DNA of 63,906 bases, filler included, from Octopus bimaculoides (GCF_001194135.2; 7 parts of 7 records of this genome joined end to end with filler, not necessarily neighbours in it), one strand, 5' to 3'. Shown: positions 25,581 through 38,679, counted from the first letter of the whole stretch. Program-made: numbers and translations. Notes: a model not told the origin generated them from the sequence alone.

Positions 25581-26117
25581 TGCTGCTAGGAACCTTAAAA
25601 AGAACTTCCTAATTTCCCTTTCTATCAATGTTCACAGAACACCTGAATACAGCAAAAAATGAATTAAGAGGCAACTTTCATTAATAAATATCATCCACAG
25701 CTCAACATGTACACATAACATAATACAGGACACTACTAACCTTATCAATAATACCACTAATTTCCATACATCCCATATACCATTCATATTACAATATTAT
25801 ATCTACCCTAATTGTACCACTTCCAGAACTGCTTACCTCCCTTGCATATAATCTTTTCCCGCAGGGACTAGTAGATCCGACACCGTTTGGAAATCGGTTC
25901 ACATTCAAAGCCAACGAACAGCTTTTGACGGTACCAGTATGACTTTGAATATCTTTAACAATTTAAAATAATAACTTTTATACCTCCTAATTCTACCTCA
26001 GTTCATCTATAGATTTATCGTTACTTTTCATAAAAATGCCTTTATTTTTTATATTCAATGTGCATTTTCTCTTTTTTCGTTTTACCTTTCCCCTATTTAT
26101 ACCAGGNNNNNNNNNNC

Positions 26118-27096
26118 CATTTTTAGACATCATGATAGAAAAGTCAATCAAATCATAACTGACATCTATTATAACCCAACTGATTCAAAACAATATCTCC
26201 TCTTTAACTCATGCCACCCGAAGCACATCAAAATAAATATCCCTTTCAATTTGGCAAAAAGGATTTGCACAATAGTGTCTGATAGAACAACTCGGGACCT
26301 TCTTCTTCATGACCTCAAAACAACGCTTACTGACAGACAACATCCACCCTCACTTATAGACGAGGGAATTAAACGTGCCATAAAATTATACATAAAAACA
26401 CTAAGAACAACAAAACATAACACCACATCACATCAAAACACTACTATTTATATCAACATACAACTCCAGAAACAGTGAAGCATTCAACACTATTGTGAAA
26501 AATCTTCCTTTACTAACTAGAATGAACGACATCCTGAAAACGCACAAACTCATCAAATGCAAAAAGTAACACAAATCGCTAAATATACTACTAACAAATG
26601 CGAAGCTTTACAAAACAACCACGAAACCAACGGCTAAAAAATGTGGACGCCCAAACTGTGGAACCTGCCCCAACTTACTTGAAGGCCCGAATTTCCTTTT
26701 CTAACAAAGACAGAGGTTCACAAAACTAGTTTCACTTGTGCCTCTGAGAACCTNNNNNNNNNNACAAAGACAGAGGTTCACAAAACTAGTTTCACTTGTG
26801 CCTCTGAGAACCTAATTTATGTAATAACCTGCTCGGGTTGCGGACACAACTATATTGGATAGACGAGTATGGCCTTGAAAAGGAGAACCACTCTACATAA
26901 AGAGCAAATCTGTTTCCCACAATACAGGCAAATTCTTCTCAGTGAACATATAGAAAAATGTGCAGATAACATCAAATCAAATTTCACAGTCTTCCCCTTC
27001 TACCAGTGCAAAGACACAATCGTTCCACAAGAACGTTTAAATAAAGAAACTTTTTTCATTGAAAAATACAGACCACGTCTTAATATGTACGCATAA
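26118..27096 (+). mobile_element. Penelope-like element (Neptune-like): RT thumb plus GIY-YIG endonuclease, disrupted
   Basis: FLDIMIEK..DIYYNPTDSKQYLLFNSCHPKHIKINIPFNLAKRICTIVSD; linker KCGRPNCGTCP; NLIYVITCSGCGHNYIG*T; ..KETFFIEKYRPRLN. Confidence 0.9.
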
Positions 27097-27514
27097 CCAA
27101 CTTTTATCTTTTTACATATTTCAATTCACGATTACATCACTGTACATAAATCCCCTCACTAATCAAGTTCTTCCCTTACCGAAAGCTGAACAGTTATCTC
27201 CCTTGCCCAAAACAACAACAATAATAACGATAACCACTTACCTTCCCTTATGTTTCTACTTGTGAAGTCCTTCCCTCGTAAATATCATCAGACACAACAT
27301 GGACAAAAATTTCTTAAGAAAATACATATTCAAATAAGTAAACCATAATATCATGAATAGCAAAAGCGAAACCGGTCGATATATTAAAAATAATATGAAA
27401 GCTATGTAAAGTGTGTGTATTTTCCTTTTTAATTTCTTATATNNNNNNNNNNNNNNNNNNNNNNNNNNNNNNNNNNNNNNNNNNNNNNTATATATATGTA
27501 TGTATATGTACACA

Positions 27515-27516
<2 letters not shown>

Positions 27517-27577
<61 letters not shown>

Positions 27578-27578
27578 A
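27517..27578. repeat. (TATC)n microsatellite
   Basis: Direct reading. Confidence 0.95.
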
Positions 27579-29110
27579 TTTCTATGAATCTATATACACA
27601 CACATGTATATATAATCAATTCAAAGAACGAATGAAAGACAACTGACATAAAAATAAAATCTCATCGCAAAACACGCTCATATACCATTATTGCAGACGA
27701 CATGAACAGATGTATATTTAGCCCATCACCGGAAAGTGAAATATTTCACTAAATTACCTCTTTTCCACAGTAAATTCCCGTGTGCTTTCAAAATGGTTGG
27801 AACTGCAGTTAGGAATTTATATTTTGGAAAATAATTTAGAAAAAAATAAAATTTATTTATTCATTCTTAATACCTTCTGGTAGATTCGGACGTGAATATC
27901 TGATCACTGTTGTGTTTCATCGGAAACATGTTCTCACTTTATAATATGTGTGCTCGTTCACAACACTCGTGATTCACCTGAGTAAGGGACATTGTGATTT
28001 CGCTCAGTGTTTGGACCGTGTTGTGCGTCATTTCAGATAAAGCTACACCATCTGTCCAATAAATCTATCAAGAGCATGGACATTTTATAGGAATCAGGAA
28101 TTTATTTGTTCCCACGTGCAGAAATCTGCCAAACAAATAATTCATGGTGTGCACACAGAGAGTGAGAATCCAAATACAAATATATTCTCAAATAACGAAA
28201 ATTAACGGCGATTAAGAACGTGCTAAGAATGAATAGACACATTATAGCTTAGACTCTAGGTTTTTTTTCATAAATATACTATGAAATACTTATAATCTCC
28301 GGTATTGAAGAATTGCTTGTTACACCTTTTTGGGTATTACTTAATTTTGCAGTTATGTCGCAGCATATTCCTTCGCTCTGTTTATATATTTGTTAATCAA
28401 TCAAATCGTAATGTAAATTTCATGATGACAGTACCAGGTATATTAACTTATAAACCTGCGACGAAATAACTAGTTTTTTTTTCTATTTGTGTAGTTGCCT
28501 TGAAACACTTAGAGAGAGACTACTCTGCGTGCCAGAAAAAATCCCATCAAGGAATTATATAACATAATAGAACTTATAAAGAATATAAAATAATATCGTT
28601 ACTTCTTCCAATTCAAGATAAAGGAAATTTTGCAATTACAAATATTAACAGTCGTGATAGGATTAAATCCGGCGTTCGCTGAAAGTGGATTTGTGCCAGG
28701 CACTACAGTGACTGGACGAAAATGTATAATGCTGCGTTAAAATTAGATAAAATAGGCTAAAGAGCATATATCAAAATTTTAGATGACTGTGTGTCAAGGA
28801 GAGTTACAGTGACACTTATTGGACTGTGTCGTGGTAGCACTGAAATTCTATATACTATTAAGTAATATTTCACAAAGACCGGACTCACTATATCCCAGGA
28901 TGTAAAGTGTTCCGTACAATTTAGAGTTCTGCAAATGAATATTTTTAAATCAAATATTTTCTCATTGCATTATGAATTACATTGTGCGGAAAACCCAAAA
29001 CTGTTTTTCACAACGATATATAATGAGCAAATTGAAAACCATCAATATCATTTACAAGCAAACCACATAAGGAAACGCGTAGAATATCTTCCTGACTTAC
29101 TGTGTTACAG

Positions 29111-29182
29111 ACTTACTGCCATACTTCTACCATCTTGGTTTCTGTTTTAAAGAGAACAAACACTACAGTAAAAATAACGATG
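29111..29182 (+). other. Candidate 72-nt exon ending in ATG (5' UTR plus start codon)
   Basis: Acceptor TGTTACAG|, donor ACGATG|GTAAGT, A at -3 of ATG. Confidence 0.45.
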
Positions 29183-29533
29183 GTAAGTAAACTTTAGTTT
29201 ATGTTATCTGGTCTAATTCTGCAAGTATTTATGAGTTACTCCATATCTATTTGAGTTTTCTGTCTGAAGAAAAGTGTCGGAAAGAAACGCTTGAGTCTCC
29301 AATGATTAAAAAATATAGCCTGAAATGACGACTTTTTATACAAAGAAGAAGGGCAACACTACCACCACTGAGTTCTCCCTTGTTCAGTTCTCTGCATGCA
29401 GGTATCAATCAGATCCTCACGTTTGAATTGTTCATATTTGTATTATAATAACCAATGTATTATTCGCAATTCATAAACTGTTCACTCTCTCTTCTCCCAC
29501 CTCTCTCTCTATCTCTGAACACACGCAAACGTC

Positions 29534-29535
<2 letters not shown>

Positions 29536-29594
<59 letters not shown>

Positions 29595-29630
29595 CCGCAC
29601 ATACACACACACGCCCGCACACACAAACAA
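29536..29630. repeat. (CA)n microsatellite
   Basis: Direct reading. Confidence 0.95.
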
Positions 29631-29639
29631 ACACACACA

Positions 29640-32225
29640 TTCTTTTATACTTTTATTCGCTCCGCCTTTCAATGTTTTGGGGATTTCTGTTCGGTATTGT
29701 TTTTGGTGAAGAGGCGGGTTGGACGAAGCTGCTCTTCTTTGTACCTCCTGGCACGGTGTGGGCTCATTGGGATTTCAGATAGCAATTTTTCCAGGTGCTT
29801 TTTGTACGTTTTCGCATCTATACTTTGCAGATCCCTTAGGTTCCTTGGCAGGATGGTAAACAGTTATGGTCCTCTGAAACCCAAGCTGTTGCAATAATGG
29901 GTTCTTACATGAGATAAAGACGGTATCTTTGGTATCATGCAGTGCTGTCCAGTTCGGTGGTTGGTAGAGATTTTAATTCCAAAATTGGAAGCTAGACTTT
30001 CCAGGATCTTCTATATGTATATCACCACATACGTTCCTCGCAATCTCTCCAGGGAGTAGAGCTTCAGTTATTATAGCCTCTCCTAGCAGCTCATCTGTTT
30101 CACCGAGTCAATCTTCTTTATGTAGTGGCGCTGGATGGCCTCAAGTCCCGCCACCAATTTGACGATCTGCAGCGACCCCAGTTGGGAGCAGTTATAAACT
30201 GAATACAAATGTCGTCCATTGGATTAGCAAGGTATCCTTATTTCTGGTTCTGAATGATCTAAGGATCCATTCATCAACTCGCCTGCACAGTGTTTCCATC
30301 TTGGCAATATGCACATGGAATGTTACATCACTACTCATGTGGATTCCCGGGCCAGGCACCGATTGTAACTCTGGGATTTCCCTGACCCTGGTCCTATTTA
30401 TTCCAATTGTAGTCTGTTTGTGGACCAATAGCAGAGTGATTGAAACTTATCAGCATTGACCTGCATGTAATTTTCATCAACCAATTTGTATATTGCATGG
30501 ATATCATTTTGCAGTTTTACTGTCATCAGGGTTCTTAACCGACTGAGACACTTTTGTGTCATCGGCACAGCTGGTAAGAGTGACAGACTGCTCGACTGAC
30601 GGCACGTCTGAGAGAACCGCTACAAACAGTAGTGGTCCCAGTCCCGTTTCCTGAGGAATTCCGCTGCGGATTGATGTCTTCCCAGAGAGGACACCATTGG
30701 TTGCAACTGCCTGACTTCTGTCCTTTAAAAATCGTGCAGCCACGTTCCCAGTTCTCCATTACACCTGGGTCGCGTAGTTTGTGACATATCATCCCATGAT
30801 CAACTTTGTCTAAGGGTTTTGGTAAAGTCGAGATATATCACATTCACATTTAAGTGGTTCAGCTGCCCATTTTAGTACCCAATCATAATGTAGTCGCTGT
30901 GCGAAGCACCTCCTCTCTGGGTGGAAACCATGTTGTGTGTTTGTTCCTCAAATTTCCCATCATGACTTGAAGCATCAGGTGCGCCGTACAGTGTGCATAT
31001 TACCACATCAAGTTGCATTAAATGCACTATGAGTGTGTCACAGACCGAGTTTGAGCGTGATAACAGTGGTGTAACATCTTCACGGATGTACAATGCAACT
31101 CCACCGTGACTTTTTCCCTTCTGTCTGCACAGAGTACAGTATACATTGTTATGTATATCGCTTCATCATTTATATCTGCAGTGATGTGTCTCTGTAAGTG
31201 CAATGCATATCGCTTGATTGCATGCAGAGAGAAATACCTCAGGTATCCAATGATTTGACTGCTGTTGCTTTGTAGGAGGCCTCTAATATTTATTTAAAGA
31301 ATTGTTGCGATTACCGGTTTTGCGGCGATAGTGGCCATCCTGGGTTTATTATTTGTGGCGGTCTTGTATGTAGGTGTGTGTGGCTTAGTTATGATTGCAA
31401 CTATGCCAGCTGCTGCACCATCTTTTGTACCACACCTAAAAAAGTTTGTTGCCACTCGAGCTGCATCTGCATACAGGTTTATGGTCTTTGTTGCAGGCCT
31501 GAAGTGTGGCAAGATTTCCTCCGGGCATGGTTTTGTCCTTTCTTGTCGGGGGGTATGTTTTGCCATGTGGACCATTCTGCCTGAGTTTTCGATGAGCAAA
31601 GCGGCAGTTCGTTCCCATCTTACTATACGAGCAGATACCTTTAATATGGAATTTACAAATAATATGTGCTTCATGTAACGCCTTGTTTCTATTTCTCTTC
31701 CTTTTTGTTTCTTTTCTTGATTATTATTGTTTTTACTGGCTTCTCATTCAGCAAGCTTCATAGTTCCTTTACTTTTCCCATTGTTTTGCGAGATGGTCTT
31801 GTAGCTGATCTTCTAGGAGGTTTTTGTGTTTCTTTCTTTTTCAATTCCTCCATCTCCATGAACTGGTTGATGGTAGCCTTTTTCGCGCCTTCCTTATTGG
31901 TTCGTCTACTCAAGGGTTCAGTGTTGGAGATGTTCTCTGTATCAGATATTTTACTCAAGGATTCACTATCTTTAAAAATAGTAGCCAGCTTCTGTAGATG
32001 TGATCTGGTGAGTGCGTAGGAGCAGATGAACTCATTTTTCTTCAGCTGTATTTGCGCCACGGACCTGCTGAATCCTACACTTTTTAAGACTGCAATGATA
32101 ACAATGTTGGGAGAATAGTTCTCAGCTACGACCCAAGCTCTAAGAAATAGATCTATTACTGAAGTGTTCCAATGTCTTGACGGCATCTTTGTTGTATTAT
32201 TCATATAACATGACCCCCTCCTTCC
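29640..32225 (-). mobile_element. CR1-group LINE with ORF1 and internally deleted ORF2
   Basis: ORF1 remnants 31330-32225 with ICKFHIKGICSYSKMGTNCRFAH; APE start (..NIRGL, HGGVALYIRED); RT QHGF, IYLDF, SGIPQETGLGPLLF, SCADDTK, WILRSFRTR; many stops. Confidence 0.88.
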
Positions 32226-32299
32226 AGTGACATTTTCTACGCAGCTTTTAAAAAACATTTTAATTTCAATTTTTATCTTTATTTTTTTTTATTTTAGCT

Positions 32300-33115
32300 T
32301 TTATTTTTCAACTTCTATCCATCTCACACATACCTATACACATAGCATGAAGCCTGCCCCAAATAATATACAAACATATATCGCACACACATACGCCTTG
32401 ACTGACACTTACAAACGGAACCTTCCACTCATACACATATACACTCGCATACACTCACTCACACACCTCCTCACACAAATTCATGCACATGCGCTCACAG
32501 TCATAGCCACACCCCCACACATATACGCACATGTACATACACGCACTCATACGCACACACACATACAAACAACAACACCAACGCATTCACATACTTGTCA
32601 TCTCGTCCCGACACCCACCGCACACACACGTACACGTACACACATCCACTCACACACGCCCTCACATCCATTCACACTTATACGTACACACATACATTTA
32701 TACGCACTTATATATACTCCCACACACGCACGCACACACCTGCATATACCTCCACACACACGATCTCACACACACTCATATGCACATATACATGCACACG
32801 CACACACGCACTCATATGCCTCACACATTCACACATATACAGATATACACACATACACATAGACACATTCACGCACTCACATGCACAGACGCATACACAT
32901 ATACATACACATGCACATAATTCCCACTCCATCATACGCACACATGCAAACACATAAATAAACACTCGCAGCCACACACCCACCCACTCACACACTTTTC
33001 ACTTCTGACCCGCATAGAAACTAACACAAGCACAAATACACACGCACACGAAAACTATAACACACACACACACACACACTTACACAGATATTGCCACACA
33101 TACACACACATACAT
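32300..33115. repeat. Cryptic CA-rich low-complexity tract
   Basis: Direct reading; explains the spurious H/T-rich ORFs. Confidence 0.9.
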
Positions 33116-33119
33116 ACTA

Positions 33120-33395
33120 TCTTCGCACTCTTCTGTCCCAAAAAACTCATTTCCTTATCGCTTTCTACTTCCTGCTTCTTCAGCAATATAACTACACGTG
33201 CAGTTAGCGATTTAATTTCCTTCTTTGGACTTTTCCCATTCTCTTTTCCGATGAAGAGCTTTGCTCAAAACGTCACACTTTCTCTTTTCACCGAGCGTCA
33301 AGCAAATACATTTCTTTTGCACGTCGTCTAGTTGTCCGTTAACTTTAGTCGTTTCTTTGAATTGATTCTTTATCTAAAATGACAATATATATATA
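33120..33395 (+). mobile_element. Short non-coding HHR-bearing repeat (solo pLTR/retrozyme-like)
   Basis: Shares CCTTCTTTGGACTTTT and GAGCGTC with the 44330-44612 element; degenerate HHR CCGATGA-A-GAGC(TTT)GCTC-AAAA-CG-TC at 33248-33274; CA-rich tract 5', (TA)n 3'. Confidence 0.65.
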
Positions 33396-33905
33396 TATAT
33401 ANNNNNNNNNNNNNNNNNNNNNNNNNNNNNNNNNNNNNNNNNNNNNNNNNNNNNNNNNNNNNNNNNNNNNNNNNNNNNNNNNNNNNNNNNNNNNNNNNNN
33501 NNNNNNNNNNNNNNNNNNNNNNNNNNNNNNNNNNNNNNNNNNNNNNNNNNNNNNNNNNNNNNNNNNNNNNNNNNNNNNNNNNNNNNNNNNNNNNNNNNNN
33601 NNNNNNNNNNNNNNNNNNNNNNNNNNNNNNNNNNNNNNNNNNNNNNNNNNNNNNNNNNNNNNNNNNNNNNNNNNNNNNNNNNNNNNNNNNNNNNNNNNNN
33701 NNNNNNNNNNNNNNNNNNNNNNNNNNNNNNNNNNNNNNNNNNNNNNNNNNNNNNNNNNNNNNNNNNNNNNNNNNNNNNNNNNNNNNNNNNNNNNNNATAT
33801 ATATAGTGATATAGACAGGAGTGCATTGTGCACCAAAAGCCAATACGTGTTACTCTCATGGTACATGTACCCGATCTTCTACATCAGTATAGTTTGTTCT
33901 AACAG

Positions 33906-33932
33906 GACATCCACGTTGAAGTGGGAATAAAG
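33906..33932 (+). CDS. Candidate 27-nt micro-exon (DIHVEVGIK, phase 0-0)
   Basis: Acceptor TTTGTTCTAACAG|, donor AAG|GTAAGG; only phase 0 is stop-free. Confidence 0.4.
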
Positions 33933-34102
33933 GTAAGGTATTCTGGCATGTTGTTACTCTTCGATTTAGTACACTTATCCCAACGTACTTAGAAAAACTG
34001 CTATTTTAAGTATCATCAAGTGAAAAATCTTTTGTGTATTTTCAAAACTCAACAGTATTTTGTTATTTTATTTAACATTTAAAATGGTGAAGGCCAGTTC
34101 GT

Positions 34103-34163
34103 GGGATTACCCTAGGTTTCCTGTTCATAAATGATTTAGCTCAATGGCGTATCATCAGATCCC
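34103..34163 (-). ncRNA. Hammerhead-like motif with 31-nt domain II in the PLE 3' pseudo-LTR
   Basis: GGGAT-CTGATGA-31 nt-GAAA-CC(TAG)GG-TA-ATCCC on the element's sense strand; GUA triplet. Confidence 0.55.
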
Positions 34164-36477
34164 TAAAATCTGTTGGGCCATGATCTTTTCAAAATATGGA
34201 GGGGTAATGCCTCACTACTCAAAGGAAACAATTGGGGATTATCTCCCTTTGCTATTGGCTCTCGACGTCTGCCTGTGCCGCCATCTTGTGGGCTCCAAAA
34301 CGCTAGCAGGCACCTCCTTAAATGTAAACATCCCCCGAAAATCTCCGATTTGAGGTTAAGGATGTTTCCTGGTTCGATGGAGTCTTTTCAAATTCTCGCG
34401 CATTTAGCTATGCTTAACTTGCAACTATTCGTCTCGTTGTTGTAGGGGCCTGGTTTCTTGAGGATTTTCCATGAGATCAAGTACGGAACCCTATCATCTC
34501 TTAGTTGCCAGACGTGGCTGGCCAGCGATGTTTACGTATCTCCTTTCCGGAACTCTGTGTTTGGGGAGACGTTGCTTGAAAGAGTTCCCGGCCCGGAACA
34601 TCCACTGTATCTTGGTGTCGGGGGAACTGCCGATGTTGTCACTGGTGCTGTTATTACTATTGCAGCCAGTGTTGTTAACTGTGGCGATGGTGGTGGTGTT
34701 GCTGGTTCTGTTCTCGTGTCTACGGCCGCTGCTGCTTCAGCCGGTGGTATTGCCTGGGTTTGATAGTATTTCGGCTTGGTAGGCGACCTCTTTGGCTTCG
34801 CAGTGGCCTGCTACTGAGCATTTATAGCGGTCTCTGCATGAACATCCTGCCTCTTCCTGTGGCTTAGGGGCGCTAACTAGAATGTTCTTAATCTTGGGGA
34901 CACAGCTAAACTAGACTCTAACGTTGAACCTGTTGAAGATGGGCTCGTATCTATGAGAGCTGAAGAAAAATTCTACCTACGGGCGTTTTTGTGTTAAGAG
35001 AGAAGGTAAAGGCAGACCAAATATTATTTCTGCGCTTCCTTTTGTGGTTGCTAGGTTCTGGCATGTAGGAGATGTGGTCTCTAAATCCTCATTACAGTAA
35101 GGGGTCACTGAGTCGAAAATCTCTTGGTTGGCGGAAAGGTTCGTAATTGCTCTTACTAATACCTTTTACCAGGTTTTTGAACACGAGGCGTGGGTGACAT
35201 GAGGCTGTGTTGACGTACGTTGCCTCTCGTTTGGTTTGCGGTAGGGCCTGTTTGTACCTGAGCGTGACGTCTAAAAAGTCCGCGGTGGTGAGTTCGGTCT
35301 CTATGGTGATTTTCAATCCCATGGAAGCAAGCGCGCTGATTAGATCTTTTCTAAGCCTCTCTAGTGTATGCCCGCTTGCACCCCACCCCCGAGATGGTCA
35401 GGGCGTCACTTCTGTAGAGACCCAAAAGGACAGAGAACCCGATGAGGTCACATACGTCAGCGCTGTCGTAGGCTCCCATCGCTACATCAAACGATCCCCT
35501 GGGGTCGTATTGCTCGAGTCATGCGGAACCTTTTCTGAACAGCACTGTCTTTTTGGCATGTATAATAATTTCTACATCCCTGTCGCTAATGTTAGTGAAG
35601 CCCCCAGCGAAAGAAAGCGCCTTGACCAGTGGTCTTTTTGATATAGACGGATAAAAGTCGAATATATCAAACTAGGTGAAGCTTGCTCTGCTTCTTCCCT
35701 TGTTGGTGTTAAACCATGCGGTCACTTCGTTGGTGTTGCGTCACAGGGAAAGATGGCGTCCTTCCTTATGTCGTTATTGCTATCTCTCAATATTTGCTTG
35801 CTCGTCGGATCGATCTCGGATTTGGCCGGATTGACCAGGCAGCATTTAGGGTTAGAAGCAAAGCTCGATTTATGATATTTTATGGTAATGAAGGTGTTTC
35901 TTGAGCTAGGATCTCTACCCTATCTGCTATCTCTTGTTCGTTAGCTAATTTTTTGGTTTCACTGTTGATGTTATATGTGTGCGGGGAAGCGAGCTTATAA
36001 TTTTGCGTGATATTATTTACTAGTAGTCTATCGTAAACTAGGGTGTCTATCATATATAAGTTTTTCGTCTTAGCAACGTCTCTCCAACCACAGGTACTCC
36101 TTCGGAGTTCCACTAACATCGCTGACCAGCCACGTCTGGCAACTAAGTGACGATGTGATTCCATACCCGATCTCATGAAAAATTCTCGAGAACCCAGGCC
36201 CCTACATCAACGAGACGAAGAGTTTCCAGTTATGCATAACTGAACGCATGAGATTCTTTAAAAATTCCCATAAACCAGGGAACATCCTTAACTCCAGAAC
36301 GGAGACTTTCGGGCCAAGTTTACATTTCAGGAGATGCCTGCTAGCATTTTGGAGTTCAAAAGATGGCAGCACAGCCGGAAGTCGATAGCCAATAGCCAAT
36401 AATCCCCAATTGTTTCCTTTGAATAGTGAGGCATTACCCCTCCATATATTGATGAGGCCATGGTACATCAGGTTTTT

Positions 36478-36535
36478 GGAATCTGATGATACACCCTAGA
36501 GCTAAGCCGTTTATGGACGGGAAATCTAAGGTAAA
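36478..36535 (+). ncRNA. Degenerate third copy of the expanded hammerhead-like motif
   Basis: GGAAT-CTGATGA-31 nt-GAAA-TCTAAG-GTA; 3' strand of stem I deleted. Confidence 0.4.
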
Positions 36536-36634
36536 CCGGCATTCTCCATTTTTAATATATACTGCTCTACATCTTATAGTGTGATTATTTCGGATCTGTT
36601 TTCTACAAACGTATATGTATGTATATATATATAT

Positions 36635-36754
36635 GAGGGGTGTATGAACAGTTTTGAGCCTTCAAGGTCTCTGAGCCTTGAAGTCTTGTACCTTCATCAG
36701 AAATCTTGTACCATATTTTGTTTTTTTGAGGCTCAAGACTTTTCATACAACCTC
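36635..36754. mobile_element. mariner-type MITE
   Basis: About 29-bp imperfect TIRs GAGGGGTGTATGAACAGTTTTGAGCC / GGCTCAAGACTTTTCATACAACCTC within TA-rich flanks. Confidence 0.6.
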
Positions 36755-36923
36755 TGATATATATATATATATACATACATAGGTTATGAGCGGTAGTAGT
36801 GTCATTTTAATCCAGAGATTTCAGGTAATACTGAGTAAGTGCTATGAATAGCCCATAGCTAAGCTCTAGATTCCGTGATTATGCGAATAAGGGATCCAAC
36901 GTAGGGCATATATCAGTGTGTGA

Positions 36924-37056
36924 ATATAAGAATTTACTTTTCGTAATGAGATAAAAAACCAAGGCTGTGTAGATTTTAAAACATTTATAAATGTTCTAAA
37001 ATATACACAGCCATAGCTTTTTTTTTTATCTCATTACGAAAAGTAAACCCTTATAT
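36924..37056. repeat. ~130-bp imperfect spacer-less palindrome
   Basis: TTTACTTTTCGTAATGAGATAAAAAA..GGCTGTGTA..AAACATTT|A|TAAATGTT..TACACAGCC..TTTTTTATCTCATTACGAAAAGTAAA. Confidence 0.85.
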
Positions 37057-37827
37057 ATGTATATATATATATATATATATATNNNNNNNNNNNNNNNNNN
37101 NNNNNNNNNNNNNNNNNNNNNNNNNNTTAATTAATTAANNNNNNNNNNNNNNNNNNNNNNNNNNNNNNNNNNNNNNNNNNNNTATATATAAAAATAAGTC
37201 TATAGGCGGATGTATGTGGTGAAACGTTACTTAGTTAAAAATACCATGCATTACTAGTCGTGCGAAGAGGAAACTGAGAAGAGTGTCTTGAATGAGAATG
37301 GAAAATAATTCCTAAGTGAATGCGTAGATGGAAAGATTTATATCGTTTGGTGCACAGTTTTTTGAAATGAGTAGAGCTCTGAAGGGACCTTTCTGAAATG
37401 AGTGAATGTGCATAACGAATATTCTTGTACTCGCAAGGTAGCAGACAGTATTCCATCACACGCACTCATGCATATTCAAGCAACCCATCCACACGCATAC
37501 ACGCACACACACGCACATATACACCATACCTAGACACACCCACGTGCTGATGCACCTGCAACCGCAATGACCGCACATAGCAAATTACTACCACATACCA
37601 GCACAAGTATATGTTTGGTTTCACATATACAATAGTAATTTATATAAATGCCTTATGGAGATCCATAAAACGTTGCTCGGTCATAGGATGTAGACATTGT
37701 AATTCTATGAAGAGTGTAGTATTACATGTTTTCAATATCGTTGTTCCGAGCATTGTATACTCCTGATGAGACAGTGTTCTGTGATAGAAGTGACATATAG
37801 ACAGATAGACACAGAAAGAGAGACACT

Positions 37828-38310
<483 letters not shown>

Positions 38311-38679
38311 CGTGTATAATACATGGTAAGTTTTTTATGTATTCATATTTAAGCGCTAGATGAGTAGACCATGATTAAAATAAGCTAAGACAGGCACAGC
38401 GTTGGGAAAACCTAGAAGCTACGAAAACTTACGAGCCTAGAAGTACAAAATGAAGAATATGGGGAATTGAAGTGCTAAGCAATGATGTGTATAAATACTT
38501 GTTACCTGTGCAAATATGTTCCACGCATATTTGATCTTCTAACAAGACTGCATAAAATGAATAATATGAACAATAGAAAAGCTAATATCAGAATTTGTTA
38601 AGCATGTGTCTTCTATATTTTTCTATGTATAATTTATTCAAGCCCTAAGAAAACAAATTTCAAGTATTTCCATCTACAG

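Larger units (their letters stand above)
34080..36585 (-). mobile_element. Penelope-like element, probably Hydra clade, with an inverted copy of its 3' end
   Basis: Minus strand: KNLYMIDTLVYDRLLVNNITQNYK; FITIKYHKSSFASNPKCCLVNPAKSEI; FDIFDFYPSI; FDVAMGAYDSADVCDLIG; GLYRSD; GLKITIE..DFLDVTL; CSCRDRYKCSVAGHC; SLASHVWQLRDD..ISWKILKKPGPYNNETNSC. About 36110-36548 (+) is an inverted copy of about 34085-34530. Confidence 0.9.

Noticed and set aside
27240-27300. Minus-strand CTGATGA..GAAACAT near the PLE 3' end
   Set aside because: Antisense to the element and stem I cannot form.
37250-37437. Cys-containing pseudo-exon (CVDG..CTVF*..YSC) suggestive of EGF/DSL
   Set aside because: Stops in all frames; resemblance needs several imagined repairs.
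37763-37795. CTGATGA followed by a small hairpin
   Set aside because: No GAAA-NUH or stem I.
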